64,000 nucleotides of DNA from an uncultured Bdellovibrionales bacterium (GCA_964543815.1 CAZIZG010000001.1:39828-103827); one strand, 5' to 3'. Positions 45,905 through 56,556 are shown, counted from the first letter of the stretch. A program made the numbers and translations. Notes: a model not told the origin generated them from the sequence alone.

Positions 45905-46057
45905 ATGATTCCCTCCGCGCTCAGTTTCTGGCTTTGGCCATTCGAACTCTATGCTCAAGTCCTGGGCAAGAACGAGTTGCTACAACAGCAGCTGAAACAC
46001 AACGCTCTCCTGCTCACTGATGCCGGACAACGCTTCCGTTCTTTGTTCTCGTTCTGA
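45905..46057 (+). CDS. 50-aa orphan small protein (not in the ORF track)
   Basis: MIPSALSFWLWPFELYAQVLGKNELLQQQLKHNALLLTDAGQRFRSLFSF; TAAGGAG SD; terminator 46074-46106. Confidence 0.6.
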   Translation: MIPSALSFWLWPFELYAQVLGKNELLQQQLKHNALLLTDAGQRFRSLFSF

Positions 46058-46127
46058 ACCGAACAAAACGATCACCCGAGATGCTCGCCTGAGCTCCCGG
46101 GTTTTTCATCTCCAATAAGTATTTCAT

Positions 46128-47660
46128 CTACCAACGATACACTTCGATTGCTCCCCGCACCTGAGCATTACTCACTTGCTCCATGTTTTTCTTGAAGTAC
46201 AACTCAGCATCATGTGATATGTAGTCATAATCATTCGTTGAGAGAATCGCCCAACCGTGTGGATGCTCCGCTACCATTGTCTGCACTTCCGCAAGAGAAA
46301 GCTTGGCTTGCGATAATTCGCCACCAAAATCATACACCTTGACCTTGGCCCCTGACCAATAGTAATTCCGAAAGTTACGAGTGAGAAGCACGTCTTCGGG
46401 CCCTTTATTTTTTTTGAAATAGTCAAACACCTTGCGATAATTCGGATTTCCGCCCGTTGACGTCTCATGATACGTATTGTTCTCTTCCAGGAAATAACCG
46501 TAATGAGGGATAAGGAGCAGAGCAAAAAGAAGTGTCACCACAACACGTCGCGCACCGAACACGCCCAGATGTTCACGTACCACTCGCAACACTCCGTAGA
46601 CACCACAGGCCACCAAAAGCATGAGAAATGACTGGGCAAAGAATATGTATTGTGCCCCAACATTTCGCTTCCAGAACCAGACCGCAAGTGCCAAAGGCAC
46701 CAATGTAGCAAGGCTCAGGAAAAGCGCTTCCTGAGGTCGTTTTAGGTCCTTCCAGAGGGTTTTAACACCAAAAATAGCGAGAAGGATGGCGAGAAGCGGC
46801 TGAGAGTAGTCACGAAAAAAATATCCGAAATAAGAGTAGTGATTATCGAACCAGGTTATTTCCTTGGTGAACACTCGTGCGCTTTCAGGAAAAAATATGA
46901 GGGTGATGACCAAGAAAAGCATGGCTCCACCAACCGTAATGGCATATTTCTGCCGCAGGGTGTCAGTTTTCCGCCACACACCATAGGCCGACAAAACAAG
47001 ATAACTCCCGAAAATAGGTACGATATTAACTGAGAGACTGTGCGTCAATAAACTACAGACACCGAGAACAATACTCACTGCCAACGCCACTGGGTGAAGC
47101 CCAAAACGCTTGGCGAAACCAAGAAGTATTTTTCCCTTTCCGGTATACACTCGTTCAAACGTGGCAAACAGTGCCGTAGCAAACAAAAGAAAGACCGGAA
47201 AAAACATAGCGTACATCCGTAATCGTCGATCCAGAATAATTCCGGAAATGCTCACTGCAAAAAGAAAGGCGGCTATTAGTCCAACGGTACGCTTTCTCGT
47301 ATAAAAATATCCCGCCCAATAGAGAACTAGTATGGAGAAAACACCCCAAAAAACACTCACGAGCCGGGCACTTCCTTCCGTTGGAGCAAGGACATGAAAG
47401 AGTGCTGCTACCTGAACTTTGTAGAGAATGGCCCGCTCATCTCGAGCATCATTTAGGTTCATCTCCGCCGGCTTACCATAATTAAAGTCCCAGGCCTGCC
47501 ACTTCCCTGTTTGGAAATACCCGTAGCTACTATTCATGTCGAGAAATTCGTCTGCTACGAATGAATTATTTCCGAGTTGATACAGTCGCGTCCCGGCTCC
47601 GAGTACCACTATCAGACACAGGATTTGCACTGTTCGTTTCCAAGTGAGAGACATACGCAT
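46128..47660 (-). CDS. GT-C glycosyltransferase (ArnT/PMT-like)
   Basis: R.YQLG..SF.ADE acidic motif after TM1; ARLVS; RMY; many TMs. Confidence 0.82.
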   Translation of the reverse strand: MRMSLTWKRTVQILCLIVVLGAGTRLYQLGNNSFVADEFLDMNSSYGYFQTGKWQAWDFNYGKPAEMNLNDARDERAILYKVQVAALFHVLAPTEGSARLVSVFWGVFSILVLYWAGYFYTRKRTVGLIAAFLFAVSISGIILDRRLRMYAMFFPVFLLFATALFATFERVYTGKGKILLGFAKRFGLHPVALAVSIVLGVCSLLTHSLSVNIVPIFGSYLVLSAYGVWRKTDTLRQKYAITVGGAMLFLVITLIFFPESARVFTKEITWFDNHYSYFGYFFRDYSQPLLAILLAIFGVKTLWKDLKRPQEALFLSLATLVPLALAVWFWKRNVGAQYIFFAQSFLMLLVACGVYGVLRVVREHLGVFGARRVVVTLLFALLLIPHYGYFLEENNTYHETSTGGNPNYRKVFDYFKKNKGPEDVLLTRNFRNYYWSGAKVKVYDFGGELSQAKLSLAEVQTMVAEHPHGWAILSTNDYDYISHDAELYFKKNMEQVSNAQVRGAIEVYRW

Positions 47661-47665
47661 CAAAA

Positions 47666-49465
47666 TCACAATGAGTTATCTTCCTCCAAACCCTCTGCTT
47701 CATCAAGAGCGCTTTCGGCATCGCTTCCCTGTTGCTGCCGACTAAAAAACTCCCGCCAAGTATAACGCGGTGGGGCTTTGGAATCACCACTGGGCTTCAC
47801 AACTGAAAAATCCTGTCTCTTCGCCTGTATGGCCTCGGGCTTGGGGAATAGCTCTATAGCAACCAACGTGCCAAATGAGGTTGTCTCGCCAACCGTATAA
47901 GCGGCCCGATATTTACGCAAAGCATCTTCAAGGTCAGATTGGGCACGAAGCACCAAAAAATACACTCCCTCTTGATAAATACCATCGAAACCAAGTACCG
48001 CATTCTCTATCCCGCGCCGCTCCATGAGGTATTTGAGTGCTCGGCGATACTGCGGCTCACTAAACATATACACCGGGTACTTCCCAGCTTCATACCGCCT
48101 TTCGAACATATCAACTATCTCATTCTGCTGAGCCAAAGTCACTCGAATACGATCTTTCAAAATACGATCCGGTGCACTGTCGATTGCCTCCGTCGAGGCG
48201 CGCCCGAGTTCACTGTAGCGCCCCGATACGGTATCAAGATTTGAAACCACACAGAATCCCACTACGAAAAGTGCCAGTATTCGACCTATGCGCTGAGAAC
48301 CACAGAGACGACCAAGCTGCAAAAACAGGAAACCAAGAAATATCGGAAAAATCAAACCGGAGAGGAGAAAGAAACGTGGGGCGAACCCATACGAAAGAGG
48401 TATAAACAATATAAATGTTACCAAAAACCATAGGCCAACGAGCAACAAAAAATCTCGTTTGCGCCCCTGCTCTTCCCGCCACCAGAGAATCAAATAGGAA
48501 ACGAGGGCACAGAAAAACACGAGGGCTGCTGCCACGCCATACCATTTCCCCAGATCGCACTTCTCGTTGCAGCCATACACAACCCAACCATCACGCCATT
48601 CGAAAATAGGGAAAGTACCTCGCTCAAACCCAGTCACTATCACCAGCGCCCCCAGAACATGCTCCGAACCATTACGCAATACTTTTTCAATCAAGGGATG
48701 ATTTTCTTTAGTGGATTTCTCAGTAATAGCATGAAAAAACTCTTGGGTATTGCGGCCACCGGTCTCATACTCATTGAGAGCCATAGGAAGATAAAGGAGG
48801 GCAACCATCATACAAACCCCCACCCAGATACCAAAAGAGAAGCGAGGACGCTTCAAAAGAAGAAAAGCAATGGTAATCGCCGGAAGAGCAAGAAAGGCCA
48901 GGAAGTGAGCGTGTGTCGAGAGCGTCAGAGCAAATACTGCTCCCAAAAACCAGCGGCCACGATGGACCTCAGCATGATCAACGCTGCGCAAAAGGGCATA
49001 GAAACCAATGATAACAAAAAAGGGAAGAATATTTGGATTCCACGCAAAGCGCCCATACATAACGAAAAAGGCCGAGGTCGAGACAAGCATCGTAAGCAGG
49101 AATGAGTAGTACCACGAAAAATACCTTCGAACGAAAAAGAAAAATACCGGTAGCGTGAAGACTGAAAGCCACATCACGAAAGTGGCCAATCCTGCTGGAG
49201 TAGCACCAAAAAGTAAGCCGCTCAGGTATTCGAGATAATAAAATCCCGGAGCGAGGCGAAGGTATGTCCCGCCAGCCTTGGGACCGAGAAGGGTCAATTC
49301 CCCTGGCCCACCAACCAAAGCGTCGTCTATAACCCGAGCATCACGAGCCTGATCAAGTTCGAAATGCAACCATGACTCAAAATGGTACGATCGCAGAAAA
49401 AACCCGAGGAGAATAACCCCGACAAGGAGAACGATTTTTATCCGAGATGGTGCGGTAAGATTCAC
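47666..49465 (-). CDS. GT-C glycosyltransferase (ArnT/PMT-like)
   Basis: FLRSY...F.LDQARD, LLGP, P.FYY, RFAWNPN; many TMs. Confidence 0.82.
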   Translation of the reverse strand: MNLTAPSRIKIVLLVGVILLGFFLRSYHFESWLHFELDQARDARVIDDALVGGPGELTLLGPKAGGTYLRLAPGFYYLEYLSGLLFGATPAGLATFVMWLSVFTLPVFFFFVRRYFSWYYSFLLTMLVSTSAFFVMYGRFAWNPNILPFFVIIGFYALLRSVDHAEVHRGRWFLGAVFALTLSTHAHFLAFLALPAITIAFLLLKRPRFSFGIWVGVCMMVALLYLPMALNEYETGGRNTQEFFHAITEKSTKENHPLIEKVLRNGSEHVLGALVIVTGFERGTFPIFEWRDGWVVYGCNEKCDLGKWYGVAAALVFFCALVSYLILWWREEQGRKRDFLLLVGLWFLVTFILFIPLSYGFAPRFFLLSGLIFPIFLGFLFLQLGRLCGSQRIGRILALFVVGFCVVSNLDTVSGRYSELGRASTEAIDSAPDRILKDRIRVTLAQQNEIVDMFERRYEAGKYPVYMFSEPQYRRALKYLMERRGIENAVLGFDGIYQEGVYFLVLRAQSDLEDALRKYRAAYTVGETTSFGTLVAIELFPKPEAIQAKRQDFSVVKPSGDSKAPPRYTWREFFSRQQQGSDAESALDEAEGLEEDNSL

Positions 49466-49535
49466 TTCCTTTTTTTACTTATTTGCACTACAATACAGGA
49501 GAAAAGTGAGCTATTTTCCTTTATTTTAGGATATT

Positions 49536-51833
49536 ATGGAATCAAAGACAAGCGCCTGGCAAGATTTTTTTTCTGACACGGCTCATCGTGTTTTTTCGTT
49601 TTTATCATTCTGTATTGCTATCGCCGTCCTCCTGTTTATATCACCCCAAAGCAAGTCACTTTCCTTGCTTCAATTTGGCATCTCAAACGACACGTTCTAC
49701 GTTTCTTTCCTCGTCCTCGGGATATTGACAGCTGGGGCAATCACTTATTTTGCTCAATCGTTCCAATGGCAACAGCACCTAAAGCATTTCCTCCTCATCA
49801 CCCTCCCTGGCGCCCTCATCCTTGCCTATGGCCTCTCGGAATCCAAAAACTTTCACTATATATTTATTATTTCCCTTGGGTCATACTCCATCCTTTCTGG
49901 CTTCCTCTTGTGTAAAATCTTTCTCGACAAAGAACGTCTTATCAACGAACCGGACGCGGAATCACTCACCATGAAACAGTGGATTCGCGCCCAAGGTCTT
50001 CCAACCCTACTTACGGTTGTCTTTGCCACCGGTCTCTTTTTTTCGTTTGGCATGCACCGCCTCACTCAGTATGCGGCTGTTGACGAACCCCTCTGGTTCG
50101 ATGGTCGCATCAGTAAATACTGGAAAAATATTGGGGAACGCGATTGGCGTGGTACCAACATAAGCGACAAACCCGGTATCACCGTAGCGCTCGCCACCGG
50201 CCCAGGACTCTGGTTCAAGACGACCAAAGACTATAAGACTATTCACAGTGGCGGCGAAGTTATCAGTCTCAAAAACGACGTAGAAAGCTTTTATCTCGCC
50301 TATCGTTTACCGCTCCTTATCGTCATTACTCTCCTTCTGCCTCTTTTCTACTTTTTTCTCGAACGACTCCTCGGAAAACGAAATGCTTTATTTTCCTACG
50401 TCCTCATTGCTACCTCGCCGATTCTTATCGGCATGTCCAAAATTATCAATCCCGACGCCCTCCTTTGGCTCTTTACCCCACTTTCACTTATCTCCTATCT
50501 CGTATTTTTACGACGAAAATCATTTCGCTACCTTATCTTTTCTGGTATTTTTCTTGGCCTCGCTCTCCTTACCAAATATGTCGCTAACATCCTTTTTGTT
50601 TTCTTCTTAGGCCTCATCTTTCTCGAATACCTCTATTATCCCAAACATATCGCCATTCCTTTTGCGATCTACCTCAAAAAGTCCCTGCAATACCTCCTCG
50701 TTCTGACCTTTACCGCCCTTACTACTTTTTACCTCCTTTTTCCGGCTGTCTGGGTAAAGCCCTACAAGGTACTCACCTCGACCCTCTTCAGTCAGGCCTT
50801 TGCTAAGGTGGCGCCACTTTTTGCTATTATTATTACGCTCATACTTCTCGATCAATGGTGGAATAAATCTCGTATCACCACGACACTCATCACCCTACTC
50901 AGGGAATACGCCAAACAATCTCTCGCAATCGGCATAGGGGCTATTTTTTTCCTTTCGCTTTTTGTAACAGCCGGTAACAGCATACTTGGCATGCCGCTCT
51001 ATGACTTCCCCAGCCTTCTTTCCTCGCCCAAAACCATCGCCGGCCAAAGTGATTTCATTGGTATTTTTCTCACCAATTTCTACCCTCTTGTTTTCGGAGT
51101 AACCCCGATTGTTTTCCTGGCTCTTTTCGCCGCCCCCTTATTTCTCCTCAAAAAACAGTGGGGTGAATCAGTCACCTTTCGGACTATTTTCTACCTTATT
51201 ATTTTCATCCTGCTCTACTATCTTGGTAGCACTGTCAATAATGTGGCAGCCATTGTCCGCTACCAGATTATTCTCTTTCCACTTGCGGCCATCATCGGGG
51301 GGATTGTTCTCGAACACGCCCTTATGTATTTGCACAAAAAGCTAAAACTTCACAATGCACCAACACCGGTCTTGGCTGCCAGTCTCCTCATTATTCTCGG
51401 TGTCCTCACTCTTCTTACCACTCCCTTCCCGCTCTCATATGCCTCCTCGTTTCTCTCAGCCAAATATCATACTGACGTCAAAGATATGGGCGCTGGCAGT
51501 TATGAAGTAGCCCAATATCTCAATAAACTACCCGATGCTAAAAATATGCTCATCTGGACCGACAAAGACGGTGTGTGCAAATTCTTCGTCGGCAACTGCT
51601 CTCGCGGCCGCAATTACACCATGCTTCGAGAGCGTGGACTTGACTACATCGTTGTCTCAGCTGGTCGAGAAAGTCGAACGACCAAAATGATGGGCGGCGA
51701 CATCGCCAATAATCGCCCCGGGATTATTCGTTTCGACCAGTATTACGGAAGGACCACTCCAGTCTATGAAATTGATATCAATGGCCGTACCTCTCACTAC
51801 GTCAAAGTTTTCCGCTTTCTCGGAGACCAGTGA
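49536..51833 (+). CDS. GT-C glycosyltransferase with extra N-terminal TMs
   Basis: AVDEPLW, KPGIT, SKIINPD, GLALLTK, RY; about 16 TM. Confidence 0.8.
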   Translation: MESKTSAWQDFFSDTAHRVFSFLSFCIAIAVLLFISPQSKSLSLLQFGISNDTFYVSFLVLGILTAGAITYFAQSFQWQQHLKHFLLITLPGALILAYGLSESKNFHYIFIISLGSYSILSGFLLCKIFLDKERLINEPDAESLTMKQWIRAQGLPTLLTVVFATGLFFSFGMHRLTQYAAVDEPLWFDGRISKYWKNIGERDWRGTNISDKPGITVALATGPGLWFKTTKDYKTIHSGGEVISLKNDVESFYLAYRLPLLIVITLLLPLFYFFLERLLGKRNALFSYVLIATSPILIGMSKIINPDALLWLFTPLSLISYLVFLRRKSFRYLIFSGIFLGLALLTKYVANILFVFFLGLIFLEYLYYPKHIAIPFAIYLKKSLQYLLVLTFTALTTFYLLFPAVWVKPYKVLTSTLFSQAFAKVAPLFAIIITLILLDQWWNKSRITTTLITLLREYAKQSLAIGIGAIFFLSLFVTAGNSILGMPLYDFPSLLSSPKTIAGQSDFIGIFLTNFYPLVFGVTPIVFLALFAAPLFLLKKQWGESVTFRTIFYLIIFILLYYLGSTVNNVAAIVRYQIILFPLAAIIGGIVLEHALMYLHKKLKLHNAPTPVLAASLLIILGVLTLLTTPFPLSYASSFLSAKYHTDVKDMGAGSYEVAQYLNKLPDAKNMLIWTDKDGVCKFFVGNCSRGRNYTMLRERGLDYIVVSAGRESRTTKMMGGDIANNRPGIIRFDQYYGRTTPVYEIDINGRTSHYVKVFRFLGDQ

Positions 51834-51898
51834 TACTTGACGATACGTCACAAAAAGAGCATAGATAGAGGTATCGAAGCCCTGAAACGGAGGTCACG

Positions 51899-52129
51899 AT
51901 GTGGTATCGCATACCGGTAAGTGGTCACCACAATGGCCACCAGCTCACGGCCGCTTTCGTTCATGCCGAAAGCGTCCTCGAAGCGGGACAGAAACTCATC
52001 GATGCCGTCGATATGGACCCTTCAGTTCGGGACCTGGAGATCATGCCTGATGAGCTCACTGTCGTCGATCGGCCCCCTGAATTGACAGGCACGCAGGAAA
52101 TCCTCTTTGAGGAAGACTTGCTCCACTAG
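51899..52129 (+). CDS. 76-aa acidic orphan protein (SD-led cassette)
   Basis: GGAGGT SD; TTGACG upstream; terminator 52134-52168. Confidence 0.65.
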   Translation: MWYRIPVSGHHNGHQLTAAFVHAESVLEAGQKLIDAVDMDPSVRDLEIMPDELTVVDRPPELTGTQEILFEEDLLH

Positions 52130-52162
52130 TCACCAGATTCCCCCAGCGCGGAGAATCTGTTT

Positions 52163-53107
52163 TTATTTTCCTTCAACATTCTTTTTCTCACGCGTACTCA
52201 AGTACTGTGGTAAAGCAATGAAAGAAAGGAACATCTGGATGAAACGCGACAGGAGAGCCGCTGTTACCGCCATTTCTACCGACACTCCGATGAGCCCAAA
52301 AAACGCCACATACGCCCATTCCTTGATACCAATATTGTTAATAGAAATAGGAATACTCGATACCACCGCTACAAGCAAAATAGCAGCCAAAAAAGGCAGA
52401 AAGGCTATTGTGCTCCCCAAAGCATGAAAAAGCGTATAATTGGAAAGTCCTAAGCCAAAGAAGATAAACAGTGCTGACCATACACTGGTTCGGAACCAAA
52501 CGTGTTTCTTGGTATAGAAAATTATTTCTTCGAGAAGTCGGCGCACTTTTTGAAAAGAAATCCGTGCAACAAATCCTTGAAACCACGTCTGGCAGTAGAG
52601 ATACGTAATAATAAAATCAACCACGAGGAAGGCAGAGAGAACAAGCAATGTTATGGAAAGCGGTAAACTCTCGTGTATATGATCCCACAGGGTAAAGCTG
52701 AGGAAGAGCGCTAAAAGAGCTGTCGTCCACAACCCGATGAAGCGATCAAATACCACCGTCGAAAGCGAAGCGGCCTTGGCCCCAGAACGCTTGGCGAGCC
52801 ACAGCCCACGATAAGCGTCTCCCCCAATAGTCGAAGGTAAAAAATTATTGATAAAGGCCCCCGTCATGTAGGTAAAAAAAGCTTCTCTCAAAGTGAAGTG
52901 AAGTTCTTTATACGAAGCAATAATCTGCCACTTACGAGCCGATATGACATTTCCAATGAGCTGAAAGACAATATACAGCCCGAGAAGCGGCCAGGAAACC
53001 TCGGAGAGCTCTTGACGCACCCCTCCCCAGTCCACTCGCTCAATGAGCCAAAAAACCAGCCCCAACGTCACCAGTATTTTCCCGAGTGTTAAAAGTCTCT
53101 TTTTCAT
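52163..53107 (-). CDS. Lysylphosphatidylglycerol-synthase TM / UPF0104 flippase-like protein
   Basis: F.NNFLPSTIGGDAYR, DRFIG, PISINNIGIKE. Confidence 0.85.
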   Translation of the reverse strand: MKKRLLTLGKILVTLGLVFWLIERVDWGGVRQELSEVSWPLLGLYIVFQLIGNVISARKWQIIASYKELHFTLREAFFTYMTGAFINNFLPSTIGGDAYRGLWLAKRSGAKAASLSTVVFDRFIGLWTTALLALFLSFTLWDHIHESLPLSITLLVLSAFLVVDFIITYLYCQTWFQGFVARISFQKVRRLLEEIIFYTKKHVWFRTSVWSALFIFFGLGLSNYTLFHALGSTIAFLPFLAAILLVAVVSSIPISINNIGIKEWAYVAFFGLIGVSVEMAVTAALLSRFIQMFLSFIALPQYLSTREKKNVEGK

Positions 53108-54279
53108 ACCAAATCTTTCCTTCTATTTTTCTCGAGTATTTTTTTGAAATCAAGCGCTACTTTTTCCCAACTCATTTGGAGAGCTCGTTCACGACTGGCT
53201 ACACCAAAGCTCTGTACTTTCTCCGGGTGAGTGAGAAATACCTCGAGGATATTCGCAATGGCTGCCCCGGATTCATAGGGTATGATGAAACCGTTCTTCC
53301 CTTCTTCGATCAATTCCACTGCTCCACCTGTTGGTGTCATTACTGCAGGCAGTCCACAGGCCAATGCTTCCAAGAGGGCGTTGCTCATCCCCTCATTAAA
53401 CGATGGCAGGACAAAAAGTGAGGCTTCCTGATAATACCGGGTTGTCTCCTCTCGTGGCACCCGACCAACGAACTCCACCCTGTCTTCTACATGAAGCTCC
53501 TTTACCAGAGCATCAAGAAGTGCCCGCTCATTCCCATCACTATCACCAAGAATCTTGAGACGTAGTTTAGGAAAGCGTGGCGCAAGTATGGATACTGCTT
53601 CAACAAGATACCGGAGACCCTTGCGACTCGTCACCCGTGAGGCTCCGGGAGTGATAATAAATTCTTCTCCCCGCTTTTCTGGGGCAGGAAAAAACCGCTC
53701 TGTATCAATGCCGTTAAAGATAATATCAATTGGCTGTTTCGGCGCCGTTACGAGAGCGAGATCTTTCAATCCCTGACTGTTCGGTACGACTGAAGACGCC
53801 TGACTCCAAATAAGGCGGATAAGTGGCCGGATAAAAACATAGAGCGTGCTGTACTTGGCACTATACCCCGGCACATCAGAGCCCCGAAGTGACACCACGT
53901 AGGGAAGACCGAATCTCCACTTGAGAAGCAGAGCGAGAAATCCACAGGGTACTCCAAAAAATGCTAGTGTGGCATCAAAAGGACTATCCTTTTCTCGTTT
54001 CGCTAGTCGCCAAGAAAAGAGAAAGGCTTTCGCGCTATACATGACGATATCCCGAAGCGATTGCGAATGAAGTTTCTCTGGATTCTTGCCAATCGGAAGG
54101 CGATGAATATAGACTCGGCCACCTAATTGAATTTCTTCTGCCGTTCTCCCCTGTGCTGAAGTCACCAGATGAACCTCCATGTCAGGCATCTTTACATACT
54201 CCGAAAGAAGTTGTGCCGTCGCATTGGCTGCCCCACCACCAAGCGGTGGGTACTCATAATTCAGAAAAAGAATTTTCAT
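53104..54279 (-). CDS. GT4 glycosyltransferase
   Basis: NYEYPPLGGG, RGSDVPG, RKG, EGMSNALLEA. Confidence 0.92.
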   Translation of the reverse strand: MKILFLNYEYPPLGGGAANATAQLLSEYVKMPDMEVHLVTSAQGRTAEEIQLGGRVYIHRLPIGKNPEKLHSQSLRDIVMYSAKAFLFSWRLAKREKDSPFDATLAFFGVPCGFLALLLKWRFGLPYVVSLRGSDVPGYSAKYSTLYVFIRPLIRLIWSQASSVVPNSQGLKDLALVTAPKQPIDIIFNGIDTERFFPAPEKRGEEFIITPGASRVTSRKGLRYLVEAVSILAPRFPKLRLKILGDSDGNERALLDALVKELHVEDRVEFVGRVPREETTRYYQEASLFVLPSFNEGMSNALLEALACGLPAVMTPTGGAVELIEEGKNGFIIPYESGAAIANILEVFLTHPEKVQSFGVASRERALQMSWEKVALDFKKILEKNRRKDLV

Positions 54280-54281
54280 AC

Positions 54282-55592
54282 CTAAACACCGATGCCAAAA
54301 TAAGTGAAGCCATGTGCTTCAGCCTCAGAACGTTCGAGGACATTGCGTCCATCATAGATAGCATTCCCCTTCATGAGTTTCTTCAGGTCTTTGTAGTCAA
54401 CCACTCGGAACTCATCCCATTCCGTGGCAATAACCAAGGCATCAACACCCTTCAAGGCATCAAGCGCCTTCTTGGTATAAGTTAAATTCTTATGTTGCAG
54501 AATCTTTTTGGTATTGGCCATAGCCACTGGGTCAAAAGCCCGTACCTTACACCCCTCTTCGAGAAAAAGCTTAATATTCTCAATACCTGGCGCCTCGCGC
54601 GTATCATCCGTCCGCGGCTTAAACGATAGTCCCCACACAGCGACGGTTTTGTCTTTAAACTTATTACCGAATACTTCTTTCAATTTGATAAAAGGCTTGA
54701 TACGCTGCGCTTCGTTCACTTCGCTTACCGTTTCAATAATACGGAAATGAGAATTATATTCCCGGCCAGTTTCGATAAACGCTTTCACGTCCTTAGGAAA
54801 ACACGACCCACCATACCCGATACCAGCATAAAGAAAACGCTCACCGATGCGATTGTCATAACCAAGACCCTTCGCCACTTCCTTGACGTTCCCACCGGCC
54901 ACATCGCAGAAATTCGCCACTTCGTTAATAAACGTAATCTTCATGGCAAGAAAGGCATTGGCGGCATATTTGATAATTTCAGCGCTTCGCACATCCGTGA
55001 AAAGTATCGGGCGACCATTCCTAGCAATCGGCCGGTAGATTTGCTCCATCATTTTCCGAGCCCTTTCCGATTTCACTCCGAGTACCACCCGGTCCGGATT
55101 CTGAAAATCTTTGACCGCGGCACCCTCTCGCAAAAATTCCGGATTTGATACCACTTCAAACGGATGCTTTCCCTTTGAAGCCTGTTTGATAATTTCTTCC
55201 ACCTTCTCGGCTGTACCAACCGGTACCGTTGATTTATCAACGAAAAGCTTGAAGCCATTCAAGTGCTTCCCGAAAGTTTCCGCCACCGAAAAAACATACT
55301 GGAGGTCAGCCTGACCAGTCACTTTATCCTCGGGTGTCCCAACGGCCATGAACACCACTTCTGATTCTTGGATGGATTTCTTCAAGTCAGTAGTAAAGGT
55401 GAGACGTCCTTCTCTGACGTTACGCTCCACGATTTCTTCAAGTCCAATTTCGTAAATAGGAATAATCCCCTTCTTGAGCAAGGCAATCTTTTTTTTATCA
55501 ATATCGGCACAGATAACCTCGTGACCAATTTCTGCCAAACAAGCACCCGATACAAGACCAACATACCCTGTTCCCAGGAAAGTAACTTTCAT
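54282..55592 (-). CDS. ugd: UDP-glucose 6-dehydrogenase
   Basis: GTGYVGL, KSTVPVGT, SNPEFLREG, GYGGSCFPKD, FKPRTDD. Confidence 0.95.
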   Translation of the reverse strand: MKVTFLGTGYVGLVSGACLAEIGHEVICADIDKKKIALLKKGIIPIYEIGLEEIVERNVREGRLTFTTDLKKSIQESEVVFMAVGTPEDKVTGQADLQYVFSVAETFGKHLNGFKLFVDKSTVPVGTAEKVEEIIKQASKGKHPFEVVSNPEFLREGAAVKDFQNPDRVVLGVKSERARKMMEQIYRPIARNGRPILFTDVRSAEIIKYAANAFLAMKITFINEVANFCDVAGGNVKEVAKGLGYDNRIGERFLYAGIGYGGSCFPKDVKAFIETGREYNSHFRIIETVSEVNEAQRIKPFIKLKEVFGNKFKDKTVAVWGLSFKPRTDDTREAPGIENIKLFLEEGCKVRAFDPVAMANTKKILQHKNLTYTKKALDALKGVDALVIATEWDEFRVVDYKDLKKLMKGNAIYDGRNVLERSEAEAHGFTYFGIGV

Positions 55593-55614
55593 ACCAGTAT
55601 AGTTAGAAACTTAT

Positions 55615-56556
55615 CTACTGCTCACGAACCTCCCGCACGTTGTAATTCATGCGATGACGAACCTGATAGTAGTTACGAACGGAAATATCGGCCAAAAGAC
55701 CGGAAATAAAGAGCTGGACTCCAACGAGAGTGAAGAAAATTCCCACGAGTGGCCAGATGCGCTCAGAGAGTGAGGCTCCAAAGTAAAGCTTTTCTATGAG
55801 CATCCAGACGAGAATCGCGACACCGACACTCGACAAAACAACACCTGTCGCCCCAAAAAGATGGAGCGGCCGGTGAGAATACTTACGCCAGAACCAAATA
55901 GACACCATATCGACGAAACCTTTGAATCCGCGCTTCCAGTTGTATTTGGTTACGCCATGAATACGAGGGTGATGGGAAACCTTAACCTCCCCTACTTTGT
56001 ATCCTTCAAGCTCGAGAATAGCAGGGATAAAGCGATGCATTTCACCAAAGAGGTCCACATCCGCAAAACAAGTGCGCTTATAGGCCTTGAGACTACAACC
56101 AGAATCATGGATGTTGTCCTGGATAAGCACCTTGCGGAGAGCATTCGCGATGCGAGACGGAATCTTCTTACTCCATGGGTCCTGACGTTTGTGACGCCAA
56201 CCCGATACCACATCATAGCCTTCGGCCATCTTGTCGAGGAGAAGCGGGATATCAGCTGGATCATTCTGAAGGTCGCCATCGAGAGTAATGATAATCTCAC
56301 CCTCTGCCGCTTTGAACCCCGCATCAAAAGCCGCTGTCTGGCCGAAGTTCTTACGAAACACGATGAGCTTGAGCGGAGAAAGCCCCTTGGTCTCCTCGAG
56401 CGTTTTGTCCTTTGAGCCGTCATCTACAAAGATAATCTCAAACGGCCGACTAATTTTTTCGGCCGCCTCACGAATTTTTCGATGGAGTTCCGCCACGTTT
56501 CCTTCCTCATTGTACAGAGGAACGACTATCGAGAGGTATGGGGTATTTTCAGACAT
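55615..56556 (-). CDS. GT2 polyprenol-phosphate glycosyltransferase (ArnC-like)
   Basis: VPLYNEE, DDGS, NFGQTAA, DGDLQNDP, GEMHRFIP; start set at MSENTP. Confidence 0.9.
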   Translation of the reverse strand: MSENTPYLSIVVPLYNEEGNVAELHRKIREAAEKISRPFEIIFVDDGSKDKTLEETKGLSPLKLIVFRKNFGQTAAFDAGFKAAEGEIIITLDGDLQNDPADIPLLLDKMAEGYDVVSGWRHKRQDPWSKKIPSRIANALRKVLIQDNIHDSGCSLKAYKRTCFADVDLFGEMHRFIPAILELEGYKVGEVKVSHHPRIHGVTKYNWKRGFKGFVDMVSIWFWRKYSHRPLHLFGATGVVLSSVGVAILVWMLIEKLYFGASLSERIWPLVGIFFTLVGVQLFISGLLADISVRNYYQVRHRMNYNVREVREQ

